A stretch of 62,241 nucleotides of DNA, counting the filler, from Choristocarpus tenellus KU-1152 (Eukaryota; Protista; Phaeophyceae), in assembly GCA_964200185.2 (NCBI GenBank). It is 5 parts of 5 records of this genome, joined end to end, with 100 filler letters (N's around TTAATTAATTAA, not from the genome) between each part and the next. Parts side by side here need not be neighbours in the genome. Positions count along the whole stretch, not along the records: positions 19,708 to 51,679 come from CAXNAD020000076.1; positions 51,780 to 62,241 come from CAXNAD020002918.1; 3 more parts are not named here. The stretch is one strand, 5' to 3'. Of the stretch, positions 39,001 through 52,380 are shown piece by piece. The notes under the pieces are model-generated. The model ran no database searches, was not told where the DNA came from, and worked only from the letters and a program-made list of their open reading frames with translations. Positions within the stretch are counted from its first letter, which is position 1, and each line of letters begins with the position of its first letter. The position numbers and the translations under genes are program-made.

Positions 39001-42000
39001 GACATTTTCAGTTCTGATTTAGGTGGAGTATTAAGCTGCTCACTTTATTGGAGTAATAAATACCCCAAATTTCCTCCTCAAGCAATTCTCGACATTACCT
39101 TCAGCACGTACATGAGCGATTTGAGTTACTGAAAGGTATAGAAATACCTTGTAGACTATAGAGCCTAGGGCTCATGCCAAGTGTCACCACTGTTTCCTTG
39201 AGTAGAGGGGAAAGACAATCGATTTCAAAATGCAGAGGCTTTATGAAATAGAGGCAAAACAAAGACTTTTTCATATATTTCGGAGTATATTTGTATGTTG
39301 CCCAGTATTGCCAGGGTTGATACTCTCAGTCAGTTATATATTTGAAGTTTCACCTTGGTGTCACGTTACAAGCAGACCGCAGGCAGCATTAAATATCATG
39401 GGTCTTCACTTACTGATACAAGTGCAAATCATGAGGGATAAGATCAATTGTTTTCTAGATCAGACACACCGCATTTTCCACTTTTTCGAGGCCTCTTCTT
39501 GTAGGTGGTATTGCTACGGGTGTGAACGCTATGCATGTTTTGATACCTCAATTGACTTTCGACTACCCGATACCCAAATACTACCAAACTTTGAAGTGTG
39601 GATCAACTTGTCCATCGCTTTATGAAAGCCTTGCTGGGAAAGACAAGAAACAGAATTGCCTGATAAGTGTAACCGCTTCAAGGGCACACCCCTGGTCAAA
39701 ACCTCGTTGTCTTGCTCTAGTTTTCTCACCTTCAACTCCCAGTCTTTCACAAGAGCATACGATTGAGCCCCCTGAATTCTTAAAGTGCTCATCTTTGTCC
39801 AACCCAGATCATGCCTTGCACCTACCTTGGTCTCATCATTGTCGAATCCCTCCATATTCTTCCCCAAGGGTCTTCTCCATGACCTCTACAAATCGCAGGG
39901 CTACACCTCAACGGGACCACTTGAATGGGACTGGGTCAACAGTGATGGAGCGGCAACACTTGGTGCAAGGGCAAAGAATGAAGGTGGAGAGCCTCACGAA
40001 ATGGCGACACCAGCTGATAAAGTACAGGATGCGGTATCATCCCCAACTCCAGGAGAAAAGAAGACAACAAAGACACAAGTAAGCATACTGCTTTGGTCGT
40101 CCACTAGCATATGATATATTATTGACCGAATTTGGCTGGTGGGTTAGTATCACCGAGAAGCCATTGACAGCACAACATTATGAATGAATACCCCCATTAA
40201 AAGTCTTTTTTTTCTGTCGATCCTTCTTTCCGACAGGCATTTTCACTACAACAGCAATAGCCTATTTTGGCCAATTCTTGCCCCAAGACTTGATGCACTA
40301 TTCCCACCTATCTGCTGCGTAATATGTGTGCTTCTCTTCTTGAAAGTAGTGAATTGAATGTGTGTTTATGGCAAGAGAAGATCAAGTTCACACCTCTGAT
40401 CTGGAGTCTAGATGCCTAAATTGAGGATCAATCTAGTAAGGTAGGTGAATGACGGCTACTCTAGATGGAAGTGATTCAATGCAACGACACATGAGAGGTC
40501 CTGGAGTTCATATTGCCTACCCTTCCCCACAGGAGATCTATTTTTCTCCTTTTGATGTCCAAGACGTTGAGATATCTAGAGAGCATCAGGTGGGCTCTAC
40601 AATACCATCACCAGATTCTACAGCATAACATCATCCCAAATTGTTATATGCTATGCCATCCTTTCTGTCCTACGACTTACGCATTTCAATACTTCATCCA
40701 GAGCATTCCAGACTAATTCAGTATTTGTATTTGTAGCCTTAGCAACATCAATCTGAAGGACATCGAAATCCATGTACTGTTTGATTTCATTGCAATCGAA
40801 TGGTATACTTCAAATGTATTACTTAGAATTCTGAGTCAAAGTATCTTAGAGGGTAGAGCTCCATCCGTTTGGGGTCCAAAATCCAATGTGGCGATTTTGA
40901 TTTAATTTTGGCTATCGTGTTTGTTAGGAAGTGTCAATGAGCCAAAGTATCTTAGAGGGTAGAGCCGTGTCCATTTGGGGATCAAAATCCAATGTTGCGA
41001 TTTTGATGTAATTTTGGCTATCGTGTTTGTTAGGAGGTGTCAATATCTATGTTTCAGGCACACCTTTTCATGATGTATACATTTTACCTACTTCCTAAAC
41101 ACTTTGGAGTAAGAAAATGTCATAAAAAACCCACGGGAAGTCAAGCCCCAAATGGACAAACAGGGCAAAACTCGTACCCTCTAAGATACATTCACTCAAT
41201 ATCCATGTACTGGACACACCTTTTCGTAAGGTATACATTTTACCTTCTCCAATCTATTTCGGAGTAGGAAAATTGGAGTAGGAAAATGTGAGAAATAAAA
41301 AACACGGGAAGTCAAGTCCCAAACGGACAAACAGGGCAAAACTCGTACCCTCTAAGATACTTTCACTTAACACAAAGTAAACAAGCCTTTCTCTGATAAA
41401 AATTCTTGCTGCTAGATTCTGCCTATTATCCCCAGCAGGTGACAGCAATACTTGCTATTGTGTTTTTCTAGTTTACCATGTCAAAGGGCATGGTTGCTGA
41501 TGCTTTGACTTTTGTCTCTTTACAGACTCACCGAGCAGGAATTCAGTATCCTTTTGTGGATCTGATGTCAACAGTACAATAGGTGGGCTGTAGGCTTTCA
41601 AGATAAGGTGCTCTTGGATCTCAAACAGATCTCTCGGAAAGCTGGATTCCCCACTCGGCTGAATTACCAGTCCCAACCTGCTGGGGTTTTTTTGTCTCTC
41701 AAGAGTGATCTTGTGTAGGAATTTATGGAGAGAGGAGAGAGTGCAAAATCGTTTCAGTTTCAAAACGTTAGTCAGTGGCTGAACTCGTTACTGAGTTACT
41801 TCTCTAGATTAGTGAATCTTGTATATACCTCACTCTATACATGTATTGAAAATGGGATTTGAAGTCTTGTCCACTAATCTCAGTTAATATGATCTGTTGA
41901 AGAAAGGAAATCCTGCATGTGCCATACCTTCTATGCTCACCTGATTGAGGCCATGCTGGATATTCGATCTCAATGACTCATGCGTTGAAGTAGGTGAAAA

Positions 42001-45000
42001 CAAACTAGCAGATAGGCACATGCTATGGATGGAATCTTATCATTGAAGTAATGAGGCAAGGCCCTTCCATTATCATGTTCAAAATATGTTACTCCGAGCG
42101 TTTTTTCCCCAGTAAATGAAGTAAATCAACTATCTGAGTGTATTACACCTCTAGACAAGGTAAAGAGTTGATGGGTGGACAATGTGAGACCTAGAAAAAT
42201 ATGATGACTTAATCTTGGTGTAGAATGCTGACACTGTGAAGAGTGATTTGTATGCATGAAACCAATATTGTAAGAGTAGGGGAAGTACAAACTCCTACGC
42301 TACCCTTCGAGAAGACATAGAGCTGGGTGCAAATGAGCTGAAGTTGAAGAACTACTCTAATCATGACAATTATTGAGCATGCACACTCACTGCAGCTGTT
42401 GACTGGAAGTAGCTGTGACCATGTACACAAAGCAATGCGATCTATGAAAGGTAGACGGGCAGTTGTAATTCATGTATAATTAATGAATAATGTGCATTGC
42501 TGACTATACAGGCAGCACTGAAAATTGTACATACATATATTGAAAGAGACTCAGGTTTCAGCCATAATAGGTGGAAGCTTATCAGTTGGTAGGGATAACA
42601 TCATCATCGCCCCAGAAATTGATGACAAAATATTCACCTCTGTTGTTTGCAGTGAGTCAAAGTAAGCGAGAGGTACCCGAGTTACATTTTAAGGATCTCT
42701 GCAAATGTGTACAAAATTCGTATTTTATTACAAAAGTGTGTAGGGTATTTTCCGAATTATGTCGAAATCTTTCAAACAATAGACAAATAAACCATCTCAA
42801 ATCAAACCTAGGCTACTTGCAAAAGATCCAAATACTGGCTTAAAATGCAAAACGACCCAAAAACTGGGTACCTCTCTTTTACTTTGGCTCAGTGTGATTA
42901 GTGAATAGTTTTCTGGGGGTATTCAGAAGTGGTTGGTGTGGCTTGCGTATGCTTTAGATACACTCGCCTGTGATAAACCCTCCTCAACAGTTGAGCATCA
43001 ACGGCAAGTGTTAAGCCTATATCTAGTTTGCAAGATAGGATTACTTTGCAAGCAATGCCCGCCTTAGGCTGGGGACCCCCCATGAGTTAGAAACTTGAGG
43101 ATGGGTACTCAAGTCATAGCAACATCCCATTTTCCAAAGTTATCCTGATCTAGATGACACTCGTATCCTTGAACTCAGATCAGCACGAAGCCGTAGTTAC
43201 ATTGCCACTAGCTCTCCTCTTAGTTCTGACTTTCCCACTGGCTGTGTTTCTGGGATACACACAAGATGCTCACTCGCTTGATGACAATTAAGCACCTCTC
43301 CTCATGGGCACCTCATGAATTGCTGATGGAGAGTCAAAGTAGATGAGAGGTACCCAGAGTTGCATTGTAAGGATGTTGACAAATATGTGAAAATAATTAA
43401 TTGTTTTTTCTTACAAATGTGTTTTCTGAATTGAGTCGGAAACTCTCAAACAACAGAGAAAGAAACGCTCTTAAGTCAAGCTTACAACTTCATCCATAGA
43501 AATATGGATGAATTGCAATAGATCGAGAAACGGGTATGAAATAAGAATGATCAAAGATTTGGGTACCTCTCCTTAACTCTGGCTTAGGGGTGATGCATCA
43601 ACCTCAATTTTTTCTATAAGGAATTTTGTGCTGTGATAGGTGTACACCTCCTATTTATGTATGCCAAGTTACCACCAATCAATAGTAGTCTTGGTTGAGT
43701 GAGTTTAAATTGACATACGACTACTTCACAATGTATCATTCATCTCTAGACTAGGCCCAATGCCCAGGAATGATGAAACACTTGGATCGAAATGCAGTGA
43801 ACCAGACCTGAAGAGTAGAGTTGACAACACACGCTGTGGCATGGAAGCACACATATCACACAGTACTTTGCAGTCTCACTGTTCGTATTACATTCTTCTT
43901 TCAACCAAAAAAGGAATTTCGATCTGATGTTGTAAGCTATCTCTCCTTGATGTGTTTTCATGGACTCGATAGCTGTAGATCCTCAAGTATCTTTCAGCCA
44001 CTCTTTAGTCAGTGTCTGACGCAGCTCTTTGCATCGAATGCAAGAGGCATCATGATGACATCGATAATGGAACGGCCTACACGGTTACTTCTCCGAGGAC
44101 AGGTGGCTAATGGTGGTTGCACAGGCCAGGGTTTTCAAGATAGCCCTGCTAAGGGGCCAACCACGTCTGGTAAAGAAGGCTTGTCTCAAGGTCCCCCTGC
44201 AGCTGTAGAGGGAGGTACACCTGCGAATCTGGACGTGGAACAGGTTGACCACAGGTGGGGGAATAGTTGAAGAAGTGAGGGCAGTGAAGAAAACAATGGC
44301 GTATCCGTATCTCAATGACCAAATGCATGCCTTCACTGCAGCAATAGGATAGCGTTGAGACTGAGAAATGCACTTTAAACAAAGATTAGGAATACGAGGA
44401 GGAGAACCACAACAAAAAAAGGATGACTTCCATGGAGAGATAGATGAGACATGCATGAGAAAAGAACAGGGGATTGACCTCTTTCTCTATTATGTGGAGG
44501 AAGACATGCAATGATTGCCCAGCTAACTGGGGGTGCTGGTGTGTTGCTCTTTCCTATCTATGTGGCTATCTCTCACCAAACAGGAGATTGACAGATTAGC
44601 TCAGAGTTTAGCAAGGGACCTGAGACCCAAAGTATTTAAGAGGGTAGGAATTTTTCCCTGTTAGTCCGTTGGGGCTTGGCTTCCCAAAGGTTTTTTATGC
44701 CCTTTTTCGGTTTTCTGTGTGAACACAGTTAACTACTCCGAAACATTTCGGAGTATGACTATGAAAGGTGTGTCCGGCGCAAGGATGTTGACACTTGCTA
44801 ACAAATACAATAGCCAATATCCATTAAAATCGCAACATTGGATTATGACCCCGAATGGACGTGCCCCTACCCTCTTAAATGCTTTGGGTCTGATTGTACA
44901 GGCTAGTGGGACCAAGGGATCATAGGGACTTCTGTTTTCACTTGAACATTACACAGCTTCCAACAATCTAGACTGCACCGTATACTCAGCTTTAGTCCCT

Positions 45001-47948
45001 ACCCTAACCCTAACTTTCTGATGAATCACATTCTGATACAAGCAACAAATCGATAAGGCGCATTTTTTCTCCGGCACACAGTCAACAGGAGAAATATGCT
45101 AAAGATGGAGGTTACGGGGAGCAGGGCCCTGCCTTAGGTGTGCAAAGTAGCCAATCTCAGATGCTCAATAGGAACCGCAGCGGTGGGGCAAGTGGGGTTG
45201 ATGGGTCTGGGATCTCACAATGTCCGGGGACAGGTGGTTGGTCCATGTGGTGAGTGAGAATTCTTTGGATGTAGAAGGTGGATGGGATGTTGTCACAGTT
45301 CGAATAGCGCACTGTCTCTTCTTGTTATGCCAGAACACAAGATGAGCCTTCACACTCCTGAATGTATGACGTGGAGAAGGTGCTTGAGGTTTGGAAACTT
45401 GACAGAGACTTCAGACATCACCTACACACCGGAATCAAAATAATGATTTTGCAACTCAAAGTAGATGTGGGATGGGCACTTGTGAAATGAGGGAATTGGT
45501 AGGGCAAATACACTGGTTCCATGGGTGCCCAGTATCGAAACGTTTAGATGGTGTATCCTTGCTGATGCCTGACAACATCATTTCTTGAGATGTGGCGAGA
45601 GCAATAATGAAAAATGCCCATCAATAATCTGGTGTTGTTTGTCACCTCAATGGTGTCTTCTTAACTCACCAAGTAGAGGTTGCCTGGGGAAATGCCTTGT
45701 AAAGAGGTAAGACAACAATCAATATGTGCACATGCCAAAATATGTAATGCCTAGAAGTTCAATGTGTTACACCGTAAGTTTATTTTTTAGTGCTGGTTCA
45801 AGATTTATTCACCTCAGATTGATGAAGTATCTGACAAATATCAATACAAGGAATTCACCCTAGAAAGTACTGATTAAATTTCAACAACACGAGGTAATTT
45901 CCAACCTCTCTTAATTCCGCATTGAAGGCTACTAAACTCAACTGTAAGCCTTGGTCTAGTCAAGTTCATTGTCATTCTGCACATGCCTTTCACTTCTTCT
46001 CGGCAATGGATCATAAGCACAGGTTAAGTCTAACCTCAAACAATTTCCCAGACATATATATATGTGTGTGTGTGTGTGCTCAAGGCCCACACGGTCTGCA
46101 GAGCGTTATTGGTTTGTATATACGGTGAGTGCAATATGTGATTAGGCACTTCTGCAGCTCAAAGTGTGTTGGCAGAGTTTTTTTCTTCTTTTTGGGTCAT
46201 TGCATGTATCCAGTTGCCTTTAAATTTGTGAATATTTGAGTCTAGGCAGGATTGTGACACATTGACATATAAACTAGATTTCAATGCATTTCCCACTATG
46301 TATTTGCAGGAACCTTCGACCCAAGACTTCTGGGTCTTTCTGGGGTGGAAGGCGAGGTTGGCAACCTCAGGATGCCACTGGAGGGAGGTCAGCTGTGGAA
46401 GGGGTTTCATCCCGTTACACGTCAACAGAACGTCCAATAACAGGTTACCAAGAGGCTTGATTTGATGTTATTTTGTGGTAAATGGCCCTCCTCTGGCTCT
46501 CCCAACATCTATCCCTTTGTCTCATGCATTTGGCAAAGTTTAATGCACCCACAGGTAGGCATCTGCAAGCGCTGCACCACTGTAAGGCCCCATAAGTAGG
46601 AAAAACCCCCATGAACTCAGTCTTCTCTTGCCTTATCACACCATGGTGACAACGCAGCATTCTCTTGAGTTAAGCACCGAGGATGCTAAAACCCTAACCC
46701 TAGTCCTATATAATGTACTCTGAAGTATTTCATATGCGTTTCATGCTATTCATACCAGTAATAATAGTGTAGTGTTCTTGTACTTGTCTTAATTCAATGT
46801 TAAGCATTTTTTTTAAGTGGTGGGAATCTTTCATAAAAAAAGAACCATGATTCCACTAGGAGCCGCACTGCTACCGCAAACTCTGCCGACGCTGATCATC
46901 AAGTTGGTAAAAAAATGTTGAAAGGTGACCCATCTGCGCTTGAAACAAAGCGAGGAACTAGAGCATTGCCAGGCAGTGGTAGTGGTGGCGATACCACTGG
47001 ATCTTCCAGACTGGTCAGCGTAAGAGATGCCCGGCCACATACTGCCCACACACTCAGGGGAGGAGAAACAAGGGAGGAAAAGGGAGGGGGCCCAGGTGGG
47101 GCTCCCATAGTTGCTGGGGCGCGGGGTATGATGAGGTAAGGCTGTGCATACCTTGTGGGAGGTGGCATAGGAGCGATGTAAACCATGAGGGTCCTGAGCT
47201 AGGTGGAGGGGGCCTAAGCCAGTGATCTTTGCTAACTCGAAATACACGTTGAGGTATACAGATTTCTAGATGTTGCTTGAGAGGATGAGGCCTCAATGAG
47301 TGGGAACAGTTACTGCTGTTAAGGACAGTGCAGCAACAACAGCAGTCTGCAGCAAGTCGGCATGAGGATTAGCACTGAATACCACATGTGCTCACAATGA
47401 TTTTGGGAGATTGCTTCCCTTGGTGAATGTTCCCTCATTAACAATACCAGGAAATGCCTAGATGCGCCTCGAATTGACTCCCTTTGTAGGAACAATGTAC
47501 CCTGTGTTCCTCTTGTACCTGCAATGGACTCTCAGCTGTTGCATCACTTGTGAGCAAGGGGGTCAGTGCTCAAGGTATATCATCAGTACAGTTCAAACGT
47601 GCAAGTTCAAATTTTCCAATCCATTCAGAAGAGATTTCCTCACTGTTGCTGGTTTATTTTTGAAGAATTTTCCTGTCTCGATTTCCCTCATCACTTGAAC
47701 GCCTCCCCAGGTACCGAAATGAAAGGACAAACATTGGCGTAGGAAATGAGGGTGTAGTAGCCTCTACCAGGACAGCTGGAGGGGTAGATGTCGCGGGGGA
47801 CAGGGTACGCGGACAACGTGCATGGAGTTGCAATGCTGTTGCTTACAGAAGATCATTGTCAGAGAAGGACCCAGTGGAAGACCGTGGGTGGCCTGGATTC
47901 AGGCCCAACACCAGTGGCACAGCTGACAATGGGTGCGCAACAATATGA
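33029..47948 (+). CDS. CK1: Casein kinase 1 family Ser/Thr kinase, 11 exons (33029-33129, 33425-33566, 34459-34622, 34938-35105, 35701-35766, 37347-37473, 38515-38598, 39869-40078, 44103-44254, 46860-47135, 47711-47948), about 575 aa
   Basis: [102 protein letters not shown] are CK1 signatures. Kinase exons 1-8 are secure. Tail exons 9-11 are inferred from splice sites and matching phases (1728 nt total). Confidence 0.92.
36368..36406 (+). repeat. Interstitial telomere-type (TTAGGG)n tract, about 6 units, in CK1 intron 5
   Basis: tagggttagggttagggttagggttagggttagggttag. Confidence 0.9.
36499..36679. mobile_element. MITE family B copy (about 180 bp), TSD TTT
   Basis: ttt|ggctcaaagtatctgggggg ... 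cccccagatacttcgagta|ttt; reverse orientation of the 51481 and 54382 copies. Confidence 0.85.
40833..41368. mobile_element. MITE family A copy containing a nested family A copy
   Basis: Outer ends gagtcaaagtatcttagagggta and taccctctaagatactttcactt; the body is interrupted at gtgtcaat|...|aatatcc. Confidence 0.9.
40939..41197. mobile_element. Nested MITE family A copy, TSD AAT
   Basis: aat|gagccaaagtatcttagagggta ... taccctctaagatacattcactc|aat. Confidence 0.9.
42654..42890. mobile_element. MITE family C copy, TSD AGT
   Basis: agt|gagtcaaagtaagcgagaggtaccc ... gggtacctctcttttactttggctc|agt. Confidence 0.88.
43331..43585. mobile_element. MITE family C copy (diverged)
   Basis: gagtcaaagtagatgagaggtacccagagttgcatt ... 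gggtacctctccttaactctggctt. Confidence 0.8.
44624..44890. mobile_element. MITE family A variant, TSD TGA
   Basis: tga|gacccaaagtatttaagagggtagg ... cctaccctcttaaatgctttgggtc|tga; both TIRs carry the same variant bases. Confidence 0.85.
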
Positions 47949-49093
47949 GGTGGTGTTAATTCCCCAGAATTCTTGGCAGTAGTGTATTGGGAGGTACTGC
48001 TTGGCACCCAAGAATATTCCACACAACATAAGTGCATATGTGGGTGTATGTTTGTTGAAAGGTACCCCAGAGGATGGGGTATGACTGCAGGTATGACTAA
48101 ACAGGCATAAGGTGTGAAGTCTAAAGTATTTGACACTAAAAAAGTGCACCAAGTCAATTTGGTGACTATCCATAACAGTTGAAAAATGGGCAAAGTCATT
48201 AACCTAGTGCAGAATAGGGCGAGCAATTCTTGTTTGTGGGTAAGGGTGGGGGGGAAATCCCTATCCTCTTCGACCGTGTAAGCCTTGCCAGCCTGCAAAC
48301 TCGAAAATATGCACCATGTCATTCATATCATTTACCACCAACATTGACGTAATTCAATATTTGGTTGTAGCGTGTACCCGAGAACAACTCTGTGAAGAAT
48401 GGCTCAAAGGTTTGTATACTAACTACGCCATCCAACAACTTAAGGGTGCTAGAATAACATACATGTATGGGAAATGTTATGTCGCTAACATGGTCTGAAC
48501 CAAGGATCCTTGCAAGGCACTGATACATGCCAATGGCAAACTCAAGCCTAGGAGTTTGATTCTTTTTGGTGCGAACAGCCAGCCACCCAATGAAAAATTT
48601 GTACTGTCAGGTGTTTTGCAGTTCCCTGCATTGAAATCGGACATGGATGTGCAAGTCTCTCTTTTTTCGTTTTTCATTTTTCTTCTTCTTTTTACTCTGT
48701 TGGATCTCTGTAACGTGGACACTGACGTCATGTTAGTCAGCTGAACACTTGGTGTGCTATAGATTTCTCTCATCAAGATTTTGTTGATAATTCTATCCTC
48801 ATCCTATGTGTATCAAGTTACATCAATATATACTCTCAGTCAAGTTGCTGGAGAAGGAAAGTGTTTACTGTATCCACAAGATGTCTTGTTCATTTGTCCC
48901 TCCTGATTGCTAGATATTTCATTACATTTTCCCAACCCCGAGCAACAGAGCTAGCTCTACCACATTCAAACTATGATCTACATATTGAAACATGCTGCGA
49001 GTGTTCTTTGGCAAGTTTCCCTCTAACACTCTCTAACACCAAGGCCAAGAGGTGGGGGTGTCTCAAATATGATTTGAAGTGCCCACTAAAATA

Positions 49094-49361
49094 CATTCCA
49101 AGTATCGTAGAGGGTAGAGCCGCGTCCATTTTGGGGCCAAAATCTAATTTTTCGATTTTGAAGTAATTTTAGCTATCGTGTTTGTTAGGAAGTATCATTA
49201 TCTTTGTTCGGATGCACCTTTTCATAACTTTTACATTTTCCCTACTCCGAAGCATTTCAGAGTAGGTGAAATATCATTTTTTTTTTAACTCTGGGAAGCC
49301 AAGCACCAAAAGGACAAACAGGGCGATACTCGTGCCCTCTCTTAATAAGATACTTTCACTC
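49094..49361. mobile_element. MITE family A copy (degenerate left end)
   Basis: aagtatcgtagagggtagagccgcgtccattttgggg ... taagatactttcactc. Confidence 0.85.
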
Positions 49362-50516
49362 TTTCTTTCAGAGTTTTTCATTTTATATTAGTTTCACTCC
49401 TCATGGTACTGTTGCTCAAACATTATACTGCCGAAAAAGACTGTACTGGAAACATAGTGCATATATGATGGATCACCCTTAGAAGCAATGTTCATTTTCA
49501 AAGTCTCACCCCTCAAATAAATTTATTTTTTGGCTAGATTCAAGAAGAAGAAGTTAGGAATGCGAGGAGAAAAAAAACCAATGTTTGCTTAGTATGTACA
49601 ACCTCTCTTGTCTCTGTGAAGGGTGACGTGGGATTCAGTAAGGGTCAAGAGGGAGGTGTAAAGGAGGGAGTGCCTGGCAGGGATGTTATCCAAATGTCAC
49701 CTTCCACCTTCAGAACCTACAATACACTTAGCAGCACCAAGCCATCACATTAGTACCTCTTTAACCTTCCCTTTGTGGGACTCCTTTCCTTACCAGTGCT
49801 GACTGTGTATATGCTGGGGTGTCGGGAGCGTGGGGGCGACCAGGGAATGGGGTGAGTGGGGGGCGCAGTCTCATTGCACAAGTGGGAAGACAAGGGGCAT
49901 TTGGAACCGTTCCTACAGGGATCACACCAAGCGCACCTAGGTAAAAACTGCACAGAAAATATCTGCGGTTATGCATGTTTACATGTAATCTCATGGATAT
50001 GTTCAAGCACAAACCCATCAGAGAAGTGTCGTATTTTCCCTTGCACATAATGTACTGGTGTTGCTTTATGTGCAGAAGCATAGCGGATTGAGGTGTTCCA
50101 AAACGTGTTTAGAGCTGTACTATGTATATCTATATTGTGTTTCATTTTCTTGTAAGTGACACAAAATCTGCACTTAGCTTGTTCCTTGTGAGTTTACCAA
50201 ATGTGTCGGAACTCATCTCTTCGAGGTGTGGTGTTGCTAGTACTTTGTTGGTGTGTAATGCAAACATTCAACCTTCTTGGTCAGTTGGTCTTCATTAATA
50301 ATACGCCTTCCAATCTCATAGCACACATGTGTGTATGGGACGGGCTTGGGAATTCTGAACAATCTAACGGTGTGTCTTAACAGTGGCTCTTCCACACAAT
50401 TCCTGTGTAACCAACCAATTAGAGATCTGCAGTAATAACTTGATGTCTTCATGAGTTCAAAGTGACACTCCTAAATGGCTGCCTCACAGCATCTCTCAGC
50501 AAGACACAAGGGTTTA

Positions 50517-50779
50517 GAGTCAAAGTAAGCAGGAGGTACCCAGAGTTGCATTTTAAGGATGCTGACAAATACATGTCCAAAATTTTGCTTTAAAAAAAAA
50601 AATGCATGTCCAATCTTTTCTAAATTGTGTCAAAGAGTCTCAAACAACAGAGAAATCAATGCTCTCTAGTCAAACTTATCACTTCATCCATGGAAGTATG
50701 GATGACTTGCATATGATTGAAAAAACGGCTTAAAATGCAAAGCGCCTCAACCCTGGGTATCTCTCGCTTACTTTGTCTC
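50517..50779. mobile_element. MITE family C copy, TSD TTA/CTA
   Basis: gagtcaaagtaagcaggaggtacccagagttgcatt ... gggtatctctcgcttactttgtctc. Confidence 0.85.
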
Positions 50780-51480
50780 CTATACACTCTTATGAGCGGA
50801 AGGACATCAGTAGTATGCATTGCATCCATACCTCATTGATTTTGAAAAATCCCAAGCACTAGACTGTTTGTCCGCCCTTTCATCACTGTCACCAAGCTGC
50901 AAGGAGACTGCATCAAACCTCAGAGCTTCAAACTCAGCACTTTCAAACGAGATTTAGCAGAGTGTGTGGTAGAGTTGTGACCAAATAATAATAAAATAAA
51001 ATAAATTTTTAAAAGTACGGAAAATATCGAAAATATCAAAATATGTCTGGATTACAAGGGTAGAATGATTAGGCAATCCATTTTGGAGTATCGAGAAATG
51101 CTTGGACTGATCACATCCATTGGTATTCACACCAACTATGCAGTGCAGTCTTGTGTAAGTTGAAGCATTGATGGTCTCTCTCTCTCTCTCTCTTTGGCAA
51201 TAGACAAGAGGTGCCATCCTGTCGACTGGTTGCACTTGTATGTACTTATGATGTCCTAAATTTTCCAATCAGTTCATAGCTGTAGTACTCCTCAATGCAT
51301 GCGCATATAGAGCGCTAAGCAGCTGCAGTCCTTTCCCCTCAAGTGGATCCAACCAAAGAGGATCAACTGTACTCAACACAACATTTCAAGTCTAATACTA
51401 GGGCTTCAGAACGAAATTTTTAGGACCGACTCTTCACCACGTTTAGAACATACTGATAGAAGGAAAAAGATATTTAGAAA

Positions 51481-51661
51481 GACCCAAAGTATCTGGGGTG
51501 GGGGGGGGTTACACCAGGGTGTCCATTTAAGCCGAAATCAGGAAAAGTCAATTTACATTGTCCATCCGACGTATGCAACCAAATCACCCAAAAAATCGCG
51601 ACATGAAAAAATTGACCCCAAATGGACAGCCGCCACCCCCCCCCCCCAGATACTTTGAGCC
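51481..51661. mobile_element. MITE family B copy
   Basis: gacccaaagtatctgggg ... ccccccagatactttgagcc. Confidence 0.88.
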
Positions 51662-51679
51662 TGACCTCCAGACAATGCT

Positions 51680-51779
51680 NNNNNNNNNNNNNNNNNNNNN
51701 NNNNNNNNNNNNNNNNNNNNNNNTTAATTAATTAANNNNNNNNNNNNNNNNNNNNNNNNNNNNNNNNNNNNNNNNNNNN
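51680..51779. other. Artificial N linker
   Basis: 100 bp of N with central TTAATTAATTAA. Confidence 0.95.
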
Positions 51780-52149
51780 TGTCACTGGCTCTCTACCCTA
51801 TCACATAATTCACCAGTGGTGTCTATAGCGTATCAGCAGCACTATCTACGAACAAACCTCGTACCCTCGGTTCACGGTTCGTCCTTGTTCATGTGGTCCG
51901 TCTTGCCCGGTGATTCTCTTCTCCACCCTGCCTGAGTGAACCACGCCGCCACAGAATCACACGATTCACATTCACTAATAATAGTACAACTATAGTCACT
52001 CTCATTTGTGAGGTTACAAGTTCTACGTTATTTTTCAACTTCACACATCAAAACGAAACCATTCTGGACACAGGACGCCATACTTCGAAGTAGATATTAT
52101 TGCACCCTCTGACATTTTGTAGTTAGTTGCGTCAGGGAATCCGACTATA

Positions 52150-52380
52150 ATGCTTTTGAACCTCGTAGTTTTAACCTCAACAACTTCGCAGTGGAAAGTC
52201 TTGGGTCCCTGAGAAAGCAAGCATAACGTTTTTTAGATGAGTTGGCTACACATGCAGTAGGGGGGAGAGGGGCAGGAGGTTATAGTACGAAAAGAGCTGT
52301 CAAATCCTGCTTACGACAAATAATAGTATCCGTTACTACAGAAGTGACCCCTCTTGAGACGAGTCATGCGTTTCAAGGTA
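52150..52380 (+). mobile_element. Relic of the C-terminal restriction-like endonuclease region of a CRE-type non-LTR retrotransposon
   Basis: Translation FEPRSFNLNNFAVESLGSLRKQA*RFLDELATHAVGGRGAGG...LRQIIVSVTTEV resembles the AVESxGxxGxxAxxFLxxLA...QxxSVxxQ tail of RLE elements; contains an in-frame stop. Confidence 0.55.
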
